A stretch of DNA of 64,000 bases, from NCBI RefSeq assembly GCF_006345805.1, contig NC_042998.1, positions 86,614,001 through 86,678,000 on the forward strand. Direction: 5' to 3'. The notes beneath the pieces were generated by a model that worked only from the letters and a program-made list of their open reading frames with translations, was not told where the DNA came from and did no database searches. Positions 25,301 to 37,912 of the stretch are shown one piece after another. The translations under genes were made by a program, and so were the position numbers. The stretch's first letter is position 1. Each line of letters starts with the position of its first letter. The DNA comes from Octopus sinensis (lineage: Eukaryota).

Positions 25301-26044
25301 GGATCACAGTCATTTAGTTATATAAGTATATTTATGTATGCATGCATGTATGTATGTATGTATGTATGTATGTATGTATGTATGTATGTATGTATGTATG
25401 TATGTATGTATGGATGGATGTATTTATATGTGTGTATGTATGTATGTAGGTGTGTATGTATATATGTGTATGTCTATATGTATGTGTATGTATGTGTGTA
25501 TATATATGTGTATGTATGCATCATCATCATCATCATCGTTTATCGTCCATTTCCCATGCTAACATGGGTTGGACAGTTCAACCGGGGTCTGGGAAGCCAG
25601 GAGGCTGCACCAGGCTTCAGTCTGATCTGGCAGTGTTTCTACAGCTGGATGCCCTTCCTAACGCCAACCACACCATTATAGGTACATGTGAGTATATATG
25701 AATATATTTTATGTAAGTGTGAGTATGTGTAGACCTACATATGTACACATGCCCACCCATGTGTGTGCATGTGTGCATATACACTTACATACAATTATAC
25801 ACGTATGTGAGTCTGCATGCATGCATTTATATATGCAAGAATTTATATATTCAAAATAGATATGAATGAGTGTGTATATGCATGAATGTGTGTGAAGAGT
25901 TTGTATGCGTATATATTTGTTAATGTATGTATATGTCTATATATATGTGTGGATACGTATGTGTGTATATCTTGAAAGATATAAATTCTTTCTTCCTTTT
26001 CCTCCTCACCTATCAGAAATGTCTATTTATAGCAACTTGACTTA

Positions 26045-27320
26045 CGAGGGACGTTCAATAAGTAATGCTCCTGATCCACTTGCAGTTGGTTGATCTAGCT
26101 GAAATTTTGCATGTGCAATTATTAATATCTCTATAGATTAAGTGGCAAATTACAGCTCTGAACTAATTGTAGTTTCTGATTTACAGGTGTTTGAACAGAG
26201 TCAAGTGTGAAATGGAGCCAGTTGAGTGTCGAGCAGTGATCCGGTTTTTGTATTTGAAAGGACGCACACCATGGGAGACTTTCGATGAAATGAAAGTAAC
26301 TTATGGTGATGATGCCCCATCATATGACCTTGTAAAACGCTGGCATCGTGAATTTAAACATGGTCGGAACTCTGTGGAAACAGCTCCCAGATCTGGTCGC
26401 CCCCTTCTGCCATTGATGAGGCATCTGTCCGTCAAGTTGAGGCTGCCATTTTGGAAGATCGACGCATAACTATTCGCCAAATAGCCCATGAGGTCAAGAT
26501 TAGTACCGCGTCTGTGGAAACTATCATTCATGACCATTTGCATATGCAAAAGGTGTCTGCCAGATGGATTCCCAGGTTGCTCACACCTTTCCAGAAGCAA
26601 GAACGCGTCGAGTGCTCGAGGATGAATTTGGAGATGTGCCAAGAAGATGAGTCAAAATTTTTCAAAAGACTGATTACACAGGATGAAACCTGGGTCCATC
26701 ACTATGATTCAGAGACCAAAGCCCAGTCAATGCAGTGGAAGCACCGTGACTCACCACCTCCAAAGAAGGCAAGGGTGCAGCCCTTCACTGGCAAGGTCAT
26801 GCTCACAGTCTTCTGGGACCAGGACGGAGTAGTGATGACAGATTTCCTGGCAAAGGGTACCACAATTATAGGAGCCTATTATGCTTCACTTTTGAAGAAA
26901 TTAAGAGAAGCTATCAAAATCAAGAGGTGGGGCAAGATCAGCAAAGGCATCCTCCTCCTGCAGGACAACGCTCTGGTGTGTCGCCAGATCAGAAGCACAG
27001 ACATGCGGCTATGAACTCCTCCCCCACCCCCCCTACTCTCCTGACCTTGCACCCTCTGATTTTCACCTCTTCTCAGCCATGAAGTTTTTGAAAGGAAAGC
27101 GTTTCCCAGATGATGTAGCCTTGATTTCTGAAGTCACGTCGTGGTTGGAGGACCAAGCTGGGGTATTCTACAAAAACGGTCTCCAGAGCTGCATCAAACG
27201 ATGGGAGAAATGCGTAACTCTGGGTGGTTCCTATGTAGAAAAAGACTAATAACTGTGCCAAGTTTCGTTGCTCTACTGCTATGGGAACTGGGTCAGGGGC
27301 ATTACTTATTGAACGCCTCG
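26045..27320 (+). mobile_element. Young full-length mariner (DD34D) transposon with two frameshifts
   Basis: TIRs CGAGG..CGTTCAATAAGTAATG with TA duplication; [48 protein letters not shown]; frameshifts near 26405 and 26980. Confidence 0.96.
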
Positions 27321-27919
27321 TATATTCTTCATTATTTATATTCTTCATTCCATCTCAATTTTATTACCAAAACTAATTCCCACTTACACATCACCCTACC
27401 CTCTTACTTTCTCTCTACATTTTCTATATCCATCCCTTAATGTAGCTCTATCACACCACTCCTGTTCACATACCTCACACATTTTTACTCTTTACCCTCT
27501 CATCTCTTCCTGTTTCTCCCCCTCACTTCTCCCTTCTAACATTTTATCCTGACCACTAGCTAACACACCTCTTTCTTCACTTATTTGTTGTATCTCCCAC
27601 CCCCTTCTTTTCTTTTACCTCCAGTTCTCTTCCTGTTTTTGATTTGACCTTACAAACTCATTCCCAATTTCTAAGTCACTCCAAAAAAAACCCTCGAACG
27701 AATAACACAGTTTACAAGACTCTATGCTTGGAATGACCAAATATAAACATTATTGGAACTCACATGGGGTACAGGAAACGTATATATACACCATTCTGCT
27801 TAAATGATGGAACTGCAAGTACAATATCCTTACGTATCACACTTCTATTTTCATTCCTTCACTTCCCTCTGTATTTCATATCTTATCTACAATAATTAAT
27901 ACTCAAACATTTTCTTGCA

Positions 27920-27970
27920 CCATCTCTGATAAAGAGATATATAAAATATCCTGGAAACAGCTGTAAGACC
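27920..27970 (+). ncRNA. Degenerate hammerhead ribozyme motif
   Basis: CTGATAA (G8A), hairpin GATAT/ATATC, GAAACAGCTGTA. Confidence 0.55.
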
Positions 27971-28024
27971 TCTTTATAAATGTTTTGAAAACTATTCACA
28001 GCCTTGGATTTTTACATCATTCTG

Positions 28025-28065
<41 letters not shown>

Positions 28066-28145
28066 TGTGTGTGTGTTTGAGAAATATGACATCTGTGGTT
28101 TTAATTTATTAACGTATTTTCATCTTGTTTCTTGTATTATTATAG

Positions 28146-28389
28146 TTTGAACTCTGACATTAACAATGATTTTGATGGTATGTATCATAAAAATATCAAC
28201 GCTGCACCAAAAACTCTTTACAACTTTGATGATGACACAACATATTCAATACAAGCAGACAACTCCAAATCAGATTTGGACAGTGTTATCAAAGAACGTG
28301 ATGCAGAAATGAACAAGATAAACAATGATTCTACAGTTCTTTATGGTAATTCAGATCATGAATCAGATGTTGAAGCTACTGAAGTATAA
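28146..28389 (+). CDS. CDH23-like: Cadherin-23-like gene, terminal coding exon G (SLNSD...SDLDSVIKERD...VEATEV*)
   Basis: tattatag acceptor in phase 2; open to TAA; class I PDZ ligand T-E-V, comparable to CDH23 ITEL. Confidence 0.9.
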
Positions 28390-28431
28390 CAAGCTAAATA
28401 TTATATTTACTTGTGAATGTAAAAGAAAATT

Positions 28432-28437
28432 AATAAA
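28432..28437 (+). terminator. Candidate polyadenylation signal AATAAA
   Basis: First AATAAA, 43 nt after the stop codon. Confidence 0.45.
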
Positions 28438-28519
28438 TCCTATCAATAGTTAATGTTTTTGATTTTGAACATTTCATCCAAATCAAACACATATTGGATA
28501 AATATATTCGTGCATTTGT

Positions 28520-28560
28520 ATGTGTATATTTTGTGTGTGAATATCTGTGCATATATATGC

Positions 28561-28592
<32 letters not shown>

Positions 28593-28739
28593 ATGTATAT
28601 ACCCATTCATATATATATATACATATATGTATGTATATAAATATATATATGTATGTATATATATATGTATGAATATATATATATATGTTACATATATATG
28701 TGTGTGTGTATATATATATGTATATATATGTATGTGTGT

Positions 28740-28781
<42 letters not shown>

Positions 28782-28810
28782 ATATATATATATACACACA
28801 CACATATATA
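28520..28810. repeat. (TA)/(TG) compound microsatellite
   Basis: Direct inspection. Confidence 0.95.
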
Positions 28811-30262
28811 TGATTTTTTGTTATAATATCAAATAAAATTGTAATTATAATTATTCAAAAGCTTTTCGTAGTTGTTAAAATATCTTTAAATAGTGTAATA
28901 TATTGAAGTTATTCAACCTTTAAGTCAACATCTTATCCTGAGAGACAAGCATGACTTTTTTAGCTATGTGTTATTTTAAGTTTATCATGGAATTGTCTAC
29001 TATACAATGGCCAAACAGGCTGAACTTCATCTGTATCAGTTCCCTTGTCAAAGCTGACTGAGAAGGAAATGTACTTTGTTCTAAACAGTTACAAGTTATC
29101 TTGAGGCTGTTTTGAAGATCTGAACTGAGAATTGCAAGCTAAAAGAGCTCTTAATATTAATTACTTAATATTATTCTTACTTACTATGATGTACTGTAAT
29201 AACGCCATAATACCAGTTTCTAAATAAAATGACTAAGTCAGCCATTTACAGGTTAATAATCTTGGCAATATATATGGCTGGTGATGGTATATTAATTATC
29301 AGTCTTTTGATAGATAGTCTAACACATTATAGACTCAGCAAAGCAGCATTTTTTATATCAGCAGTGTAAAGAACTGATAAGTATTTTGATTGCGTGTTAA
29401 GTTTGTAAATAGAATATATAACAAAAATTTTTATATATCCTGAAAATTGTTTCAAAAATAAATTTATTTAAAAAAAAGTAACTATGTATTCTATCATTAT
29501 TATTGTTTTTATTCATATATCACTGATAAATCAGTATACACAGCTACATAGAGTTTGCAGAAGAGGAAGACACAGAAAGACTTGGAATAAATTAGTAAAG
29601 GTTGACTTTAGGATTTTGGTCCTCGTGGATGAGATAACCAAGAGCTGAGATTACTGGCAGAGCACAGTACTCAATAAGACCTGTCCATCATGGTGAGACT
29701 GAAGTTCTAGAACACAATGTGTATATACAACTGGGTCCCTTGCCGATGAGTCATTGTCAAGCCTTCCCTATCACCTACTGTCTGCCAGTAGAGAAGGAAA
29801 GAGTAAGGAATGCACGGTGTTGACTAGAAAAGAAGAAAGGATAAAGATGGCATCGTCTTTCTTGCTGCTGAAATCTTCTCTTTTGTGTCAGCTATGACCA
29901 AGGAGTAACACTTTCCCTTTGCTGGACATATGAATAGAACAGAGTAAGGACATTTAGCAAAGATGACTCAGAAGTTGTTCTTTGATTATTATCCCAAACA
30001 GCAATAGCTTTCTTCAACTGAATACATGTTGATTGGTTAAAATTACCTAAATACGACAACTTTAAGATGAAATAACTTCTAAAATGCAAAATTTTGCAAA
30101 AATGTTGAAAGTAAACCGTATTCAGCATGAGAAATTACACCAGTATATGAAGTTTCAAACTGTTTAGTTGGAAAAAAATAATTTTAAAAATCTGGAGCGA
30201 AACTGAATAGATCCCCACTTCTTTCATATTTAAATGGTTTTTTTTTCAATGAAATTTTATAG

Positions 30263-30332
30263 AAATACCTTGCAAATGGCATACATCACAATTATAAAGA
30301 AACTAGCTGAAGGTGACCCGCTCTACATGTGG
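30263..30332 (+). other. Exon-like segment (NTLQMAYITIIKKLAEGDPLYMW)
   Basis: T-rich tract with ttatag acceptor, gtgagt donor; only one open frame; gene assignment unknown. Confidence 0.4.
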
Positions 30333-30689
30333 GTGAGTGTGTGGTTGTTATTTTCTGTTTCTTATCACCACATTCTCCCTCTTTGTTTCTCTCTCCTTTC
30401 TTCTCTCACTTTCCCACTCTCTTACTCTTCCTTTCTCTCAGACTCTCCCTCGCTTTCTCTTACTCTCTATCTTTCTCCATCTATCTCTCTCCCATTTATA
30501 AAGAACAAAAGATCTTGAGTAAGTTGAGAAAGAAAATATTTTGAAAGATCAATCATAACTATCAGGTACTGACAACGGAAATATCTGTTTCAAGGCAGAC
30601 AGCAAAACATTAACATTTAAAAGGGACAGATGAACTTGCAAGCTGAATAAAAATTTTAAAAACCAAAATTTGAAGGGATAGAATCTGAG

Positions 30690-30935
30690 GATAGTAGACT
30701 TACCATGGCTGGCTTTTCTTAACGACGGACAGCAACGTACTGGCAGTTTCATGGCTGGCAGAACTTGATGTAAAAGAAAATTCCTAAACAATAAATTTTG
30801 AAGTGATTCTTTCTCACAACAGTAGACTCACCATGGCAGGCATTCAAAACTTTTCATGACAGACGGCAACACATTGACGATTAAAAGGCTGGCACAAATT
30901 TTTTAGCTTGATGTAACTGAGAATTCCTAAACAGC
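30690..30935 (-). repeat. Diverged tandem duplicate; each unit is an exon-like segment ending GCCATG|GT(A/G)AGT
   Basis: Units 30704-30783 and 30832-30926, both tttag|GAATT...CCATG|gtRagtctact. Confidence 0.6.
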
Positions 30936-31167
30936 TGCTCTTGTAAATTTTATTCCCCTTCCAGCCCCATTTAGACCCCTTTACACATTTTGGTTAATAT
31001 AACCCGATTTCATTTGGGTCTACTTGGGCCACATTTTAAAAGATGAGGTATTTTGTTCTAGAGGTCATGCCTTTCATTTCAGGAAAAAAATAGTTGCCAT
31101 GCAAACTCGCCAGCACTTTTAACATAGGTGTGCATATTTTCAGCTCAACCGACCACATAATGCACAC

Positions 31168-31213
<46 letters not shown>

Positions 31214-31476
31214 TATATATATATATACGCATTAAATATACATATGTACATATATGTGCATTATATGTGTGTGTGTATGCATTATATATATAAATGTATA
31301 CAAATTATATATATATATATATACATATATACACACACACTCATACACATGTATATATATATAAATAGATATATATATACACTTTATATGTATACATTAT
31401 ATATACATATTTATATATAGATACACACACACACACATATATAAATTAACCCAATAAATATCTGATTCATAATATA

Positions 31477-31975
31477 ATATTTGTTCTCATGATTGTGTGG
31501 TGGTGGTGGCGATAATAATTTTCTCTATGAATGCAGACAGACCTACAGAGAGAGAGAGAGTGAGGTAGGAGAAAGAGTGACAGAGCTGGTGAAGGTGGCG
31601 GGCGAAAGAGAGCGGAAGCTGTCAAATGTCGTTATAGATCAAACGTGGAGGGAAGGGAAGAAAGAGAGAGAGAGAGAGACAGAGGAAGAGAGGCAGATAT
31701 GTGAAACAGAGAAACGACTATTCATGATATTTGTTCTCATGATTGTGTGGTGGTAGTGGCGATAATAATTCTCTCTATGAATGCAGACAGACGTAGAGAA
31801 AGAGAGTGAAAGAATGTGGAAGAAAGAGTGACAGCGCTGGCAAAGACGGCGGGGGAAAGATAGTAGAAGCTGTCACATGCCGTTATAGAGAGAAAGTGAA
31901 GGGAAGGGAGGAAAGAGAGAGAGAGAGACGGAGGAAGACAGGCAGATAGGAGAAAGGGAGAAACGACAAACACTT
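31477..31975. repeat. Two-copy 250-bp purine-rich tandem repeat
   Basis: ttgttctcatgattgtgtggtgg at 31481 and 31731. Confidence 0.9.
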
Positions 31976-32554
31976 GTCAAAGTGTGGGTTCTTTTCCCCT
32001 AGTAACCACAGCTTTTGAGCTAGGAATTTCTAACCTAGCCCACTCACATTCACGCCTCTTTTTACATGTCCCTGTAAATTTTGGAGCGAATCTGGCGGGA
32101 TCTAGTGCTCTTTAACCCGTTCCAATGCCAAAACCAGACAAACAAACAGACTTTTCGCATTTCAGATTTATAGATATTGATTTGTGGAGAAAATTGTTTC
32201 CAAGGGAGTGGGTAGAGGATTTCAGAAAATTCACAAGTTCTGAATTTTTCCTTGTTATATTCCGAAATCACATTCAACTATCTACAGATATCCTAGTGTA
32301 GTACTACTACACTACGAAGTATTTTTTCTACCCACTTTCAATAAGTCTTAATGTTTTGGCTTCATTTTTGTTTCATTTTATCTTCAATTATTTTTACGCT
32401 TTTTTTAACCCTTCTGTCATTATTCTCCATTCACTAGTTATTACTTTCTCTCTCTCTCTCTCTGTTTATATATATAGATAAATATATATATATATAAATA
32501 CGTATGTACATACACACATACATACACACACACATACATACATACATACATACA

Positions 32555-32586
<32 letters not shown>

Positions 32587-33202
32587 CATACGCACATACA
32601 TACATACGCACAATAGTAAAACTTTAGTTCTGTGATATAGAGATAAAAATCTGATACTAGATTTTAGGGTATAGTTTTGGGAGCAAGTGTCATAAATTCA
32701 CTTTCTAGCTTCGGCCGTAGGAAGTTGAAATTTGATAGCGTTGTGATGAGTGGTCACTCTACGTCCATCCATCGCTACAGGTTTATAGCTTTATGTTTTA
32801 TAGAGTGTATGTGCGTGCATATACACACACATACATATATACATACATACATACATACATACATACATACATACATACATACATACATACATACACAGGC
32901 GTATGTGCGTACATACATACGTACATACATACACACATGTATGCATACATACACACATACATACGTACATATATATGACGAACTAAATGTTACTTTCTTA
33001 GATGCAGCACGGACTTTGTCAGTGAACAGGTCGCGGATTTTAGCGACGAAAATATTTTGATAAATTAAACTTAAATGTTGAAGTGAATCGAACGGCTTTT
33101 GTGTGTTTCTTAAATGGCTTATAAACACCTTCCACGCTGCAATTGTTTTCGTTTCAGCACACGATCTCGGATCAAATTACTTGCTATGCGAGTACATCTC
33201 CG

Positions 33203-33241
<39 letters not shown>

Positions 33242-33245
<4 letters not shown>

Positions 33246-33414
33246 AACAATTCATAATTAAGGGCAAACGAAAAAATTTCTAATGCCAGATATGCCGAAA
33301 AATTGGACATATTGTCCATTAACCATATAATTTTTTTAGGACAATACGTCCAATTTTTCGGCACATCTGGTATTAGAAACTTTTTCGTTTGCCCTTAATT
33401 ATGAATTGTTTATA
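33242..33414. repeat. Foldback palindrome (~76-bp arms, 21-nt spacer), MITE-like
   Basis: 33242-33317 is the reverse complement of 33339-33414 with few mismatches. Confidence 0.9.
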
Positions 33415-33512
33415 GCTTTAACCTTTAAAGGTATTTTTTGATATGCTGGCCATTGATAAAATTTTGGGGGGAAAAGAATATTTTTTTTTCGAAAAAAATT
33501 TTATCCTTCATT

Positions 33513-33737
<225 letters not shown>

Positions 33738-33739
33738 CT

Positions 33740-33804
<65 letters not shown>

Positions 33805-33806
<2 letters not shown>

Positions 33807-35710
33807 AGAGGGTCATAGCCCAACTAATTAGAGAGAGAGTTAGTTTAGATGAGATGCAGTTTGGGTTCGTGCCAGGGAAAAGTACCACTGATGCTATATT
33901 CCTGGTAAGGCAGCTGCAGGAGAAATACCTAGCCAAAGATAAGCCCCTGTACCTGGCTTTCGTTGACATGGAGAAAGCTTTTGATAGGGTCCCCCGATCC
34001 CTTATCTGGTGGTCAATGAGGAAACTAGGGATAGATGAATGGCTGGTGAGGACTGTGCAAGCCATGTACAGAGATGCCGTAAGTAAGGTTAGGGTTGGCA
34101 ACATGTACACAGAAGAATTCAAAGTAGAGGTTGGGGTCCACCAGGGTTCAGTACTCAGCCTCCTCCTATTTATCATAGTACTCCAGGCAATTACGGAGGA
34201 AGTCAAGACAAGCTGTCCCTGGAGCTTCTCTACGCTGATGACCTTGCTCTTATTGCTGAGTCACTATCAGAACTGGAGGAGAAGTTCGAGGTGTGGAAGG
34301 AGGGTTTAGAATCAAGGGGCCTTAGAGTCAACCTAGCTAAAACCAAAGTACTAATAAGTAGGAAGGTAGACAATCCACAAATGTCTTCAGGAAGATGGCC
34401 CTGCTCGATCTGTAGAAAAGGTGTAAGTAGAAACTCTATAAGATGTACCCAGTGTAAGCTATGGACACATAAGAGGTGCAGCAATGTCAAAGGTAGGCTA
34501 ACTGGGAAGATAGTTTTTGTATGTGGCAGATGCTCGGGAGCATTAACCTCCGAAATCTGCAGAAAACAACTTCCGTCACTTTCCAGGGGAAAAACTAGAA
34601 GTAGTTGATAGCTTCCGTTATCTAGGTGACCAAGTCAGTAGTGGGGGTGGGTGCGCTGAAAGTGTAACTGCTAGAATAAGATTAGCCTGGGCAAAGTTTA
34701 GGGAGCTCTTACCTCTGCTGGTGACTAAAGGCCTCTAGCTCAGAGTAAAAGGCAGACTGTATGATGCGTGTGTATGAACAGCCATGCTACATGGCAGCGA
34801 AACATGGGCCGTGACTGCTGAGGACATGCGTAAGCTCATGAGGAATGAAGCCAGTATGCTCCGATGGATGTGTAATGTCAGTGTACATACTCGACAGAGC
34901 TTTAGCACCTTGAGAGAAATGTTGTACCTAAGAAGCATCAGTTGTGGTGTGCAAGAGAGACGATTGCGCTGGTATGGTCATGTGGCAAGAATGGATGAAG
35001 ATAGGTGTGTGAGAAAGTGCCAATCCCTAGCAGTTGAGGCAACCCGTGGAAGAGGTAGACCCAGGAAAACCTGGGACGAGGTGGTGAAGCACGACCTTCG
35101 AACTTTAGGCCTCACTGAGGAAATGACCAGCGACCGAGACCTTTGGAAATATTCTGTACGTGAGAAGACCAGGCAGGACAAGTGAGCCCAGCCCACTTAT
35201 GAATGCCTTTCCTCCCTTGGACACAAAGACCTGTTGAGGCAAGCGAAGTCGATATAGAACCTCATCCGACGACAGACATCCATGCCAACCCCACCTGCTT
35301 GCGAAGACATGTTGGGGCAAGCGAAATCGAAACCGAATTGAACCAGCCAGGATCCCTGGTCTGGTGGTACGTAAAAAGCACTATCCGACTCGTGGCCGTG
35401 GCACGTAAAATACTCCAATGCGACCGTACGACAGGCACCCATGCCAACCCCCTTTGCTTGTGAAGACATGTTGGGGCAAGCGAAATCGAAATCGAATTGA
35501 ACCAGCCAAGATCCCTGGTCTGGTGGTACGTAAAAAGCACCCACTACACTCACGGAGTGGTTGGCGTTAGGAAGGGCATCCAGCTGTAGAAACATTGCCA
35601 GATTAGACTGGAGCCTGGTGCAGCCTTCTGGCTTCCCAGAACCCCGGTCGAACCGTCCAACCCATGCTAGCATGTAGAACGGACATTAAACGATGATGAT
35701 GATGATGATG
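33805..35710 (+). mobile_element. Young 5'-truncated RTE LINE inserted at (TA)n, with 3' UTR and (GAT)n tail
   Basis: MQFGFVPGKSTTDAIF, FVDMEKAFDRV, VHQGSVLS, LYADDL, RWPCSICRKG zinc finger, LHGSETW; a few frameshifts. Confidence 0.95.
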
Positions 35711-35711
35711 A

Positions 35712-35797
<86 letters not shown>

Positions 35798-35805
35798 GCA
35801 TATAT

Positions 35806-36190
35806 GTGGAGGCGCAATGGCCCAGTGGTTAGGGCAGCGGACTCGCGGTCATAGGATCGGGTTTCGATTCCCAGACCAAGCGTTGTGAGTGTTTATTGAG
35901 AGAAAACACCTAAAGCTCCACGAGGCTCCGGCAGGGGATGGTGGTGATCCCTGCTGTACTCTTTCACCACAACTTTCTCTCACTCTTACTTCCTGTTTCT
36001 GTTGTACCTGTATTTCAAAGGGCCGGCCTTGTCACTCTCTGTGTCACGCTGAATATCCCCGAGAACTACGTTAAGGGTACACGTGTCTGTGGAGTGCTCA
36101 GCCACTTACACGTTAATTTCACGAGCAGGCTGTTCCGTTGATTCGGATCAACCGGAACCCTCATCGTCGTAACTGACGGAGTGCTTCCAT
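35806..36190 (+). mobile_element. Full-length tRNA-derived SINE
   Basis: A box TGGCCCAGTGG, B box GGTTTCGATTCCC; inverse copy at 39345-39735, partial copy at 42400-42620. Confidence 0.88.
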
Positions 36191-36389
36191 CCATACATAT
36201 ATATATATATATATATATATACACTCACACACATGGATATATGCCATTTAGCATAGTTGTTTGTACACAGGAGTCATGCAATCTGCCTTTCACTCTGAGG
36301 TAGTAGCTCTGAACTTCATCCTACCTATTCTTATTCGAGCTGGTGTACTTTCGGAACAACCACCCCAGCTAATAACTTGGTCACCTAAG

Positions 36390-36990
36390 TAACAGAAACT
36401 GTCTGCCATTTCTGAGTATCATCCCTGACATTTGAAGGAGTGTGTTTTATGTACATTCTTGACATATTCCACATGTAAAGACTACTTTCTGTTAGTCTTC
36501 CAGTGGTACTGCTGCACCTCTTATGTGTCCATAGCTTGTACTGAGTGCACTGCATGGAGTTTCTCTTGACACCTTTTTTAATCTCGAGCAGGGCCATCTA
36601 CCGGAAGGGATCTGTGATTTTCCTACTTATCAATACTTTAGTCTTTGTTAAATTAGCTCTAAGGCCCTTTGATTCCAGACTGTGCTTCCATACCCGCAAT
36701 ATCTTCTCTACTTTTGATAGTGATTCAGCAATAAGAACAAGGTCATCCGTATATAGAAGCTCCCAAAGGCAGCTAGTCTTAAATTCCACACTTATAGCCT
36801 GGAGGACTATGACAAACAAGAAGGAGCTAAAAACTGATCTCTGGTGAACTCCTTCTTGTACAGTAAGCTCCTATACTCATTGGTGTTTCTCACTTAATTG
36901 ACAACATCCCTGTATATGGCTTGTACAGCTCTCACCAACCACTCATCTATCCCTAGCTTCCACATTATCTCCAGCTAAGGAAGCAGGATA
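36390..36990 (-). mobile_element. RTE LINE fragment
   Basis: WELLYTDDLVLIAES, CTQYKLWTHKRC; same family as 33805. Confidence 0.85.
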
Positions 36991-37078
36991 CCTAGATGAT
37001 ATTTTTCACCAAGATATTACAACTGTATCTGATTTTTCAAGTGCTTCAATTGTGTGTATATACATATATATTTACTAG

Positions 37079-37166
37079 ATTGCTGACATTTATCAATGAT
37101 TGTTCTGTTGTACTGATGGGCCATTTCCTGTCATTAATGAAACTGTCAGCATTCTTGTTGACATAG
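37079..37166 (+). pseudogene. Cadherin-repeat-like pseudo-exon (IADIYQ*LFCCTDGPFPVINETVSILVDI)
   Basis: tttactag acceptor, gtatgc donor; resembles the EC consensus Y-x-L-x-x-x-C-T-D-G...T-V-x-I-x-V-D; one internal TGA. Confidence 0.4.
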
Positions 37167-37912
37167 GTATGCTAGTGAAATAAGAAAACATACCTGGGTT
37201 TTCAACCATTGTGTTACATTCTATTTTAGACAGCTTTATCTAACTTCCTTTTAGATCTTTCTACATTCCAATCTAATGATTCATAATCATTTCAAATAAA
37301 TAAAATCCCATATCTTGATTTATATCAATACTCAGCAATTGAAATAAGCCTGCGTTCTGATATGTATACTCTGATAGATCAGTCTAAATATCTATATGAG
37401 CGAATATAAAAATGCAGTCAATGATAAAAAGTGACTGAGGTATTCACACACACATACACACAAAGAGTCTGACCAAACTTTGTGGACTGACTCTCACTAC
37501 CAAGTTCAGATGGGGAGAAAAGGCTTGTGGTGGTGAGGCTCAGTCTATGTAGCCACTTGAGAGTGTGCCACTCTTTCACATGAACTTTGGACATGAAAAT
37601 CTGCCATCATATCTTTATCGTTATCATCGTCGTCATCATCATTTAATGTCCATGTTGGCATGTGTTAGCTGGTTTGACTAGAGCTGGTAAGCCGGAGAGT
37701 TGCACCAGGTTCTAGTTTGTTTTGGCTTGGTTTCATTAGACAGAAGTTTATTTATATATCCATTTTTATTCAGGATATATTTACTGCACTTGTTCTTATT
37801 GGTATTATTACTATTTTTAATCATATCATTACTACTTACAAATAAATTGGATACATTGTTACTATTAGATTCACCCACTTCCTTGTTAATCATTCTTCCA
37901 TTATTATAATTA

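Noticed and set aside
30694-30845. ACTTACC/ACTCACC-ATGGC resembling the U1 snRNA 5' end
   Set aside because: The rest of U1 (stem-loops, Sm site) is absent; better read as minus-strand splice donors
35806-35880. Possible tRNA genes (also 9560-9625 and 39660-39735)
   Set aside because: A and B boxes run into SINE bodies; no intact cloverleaf
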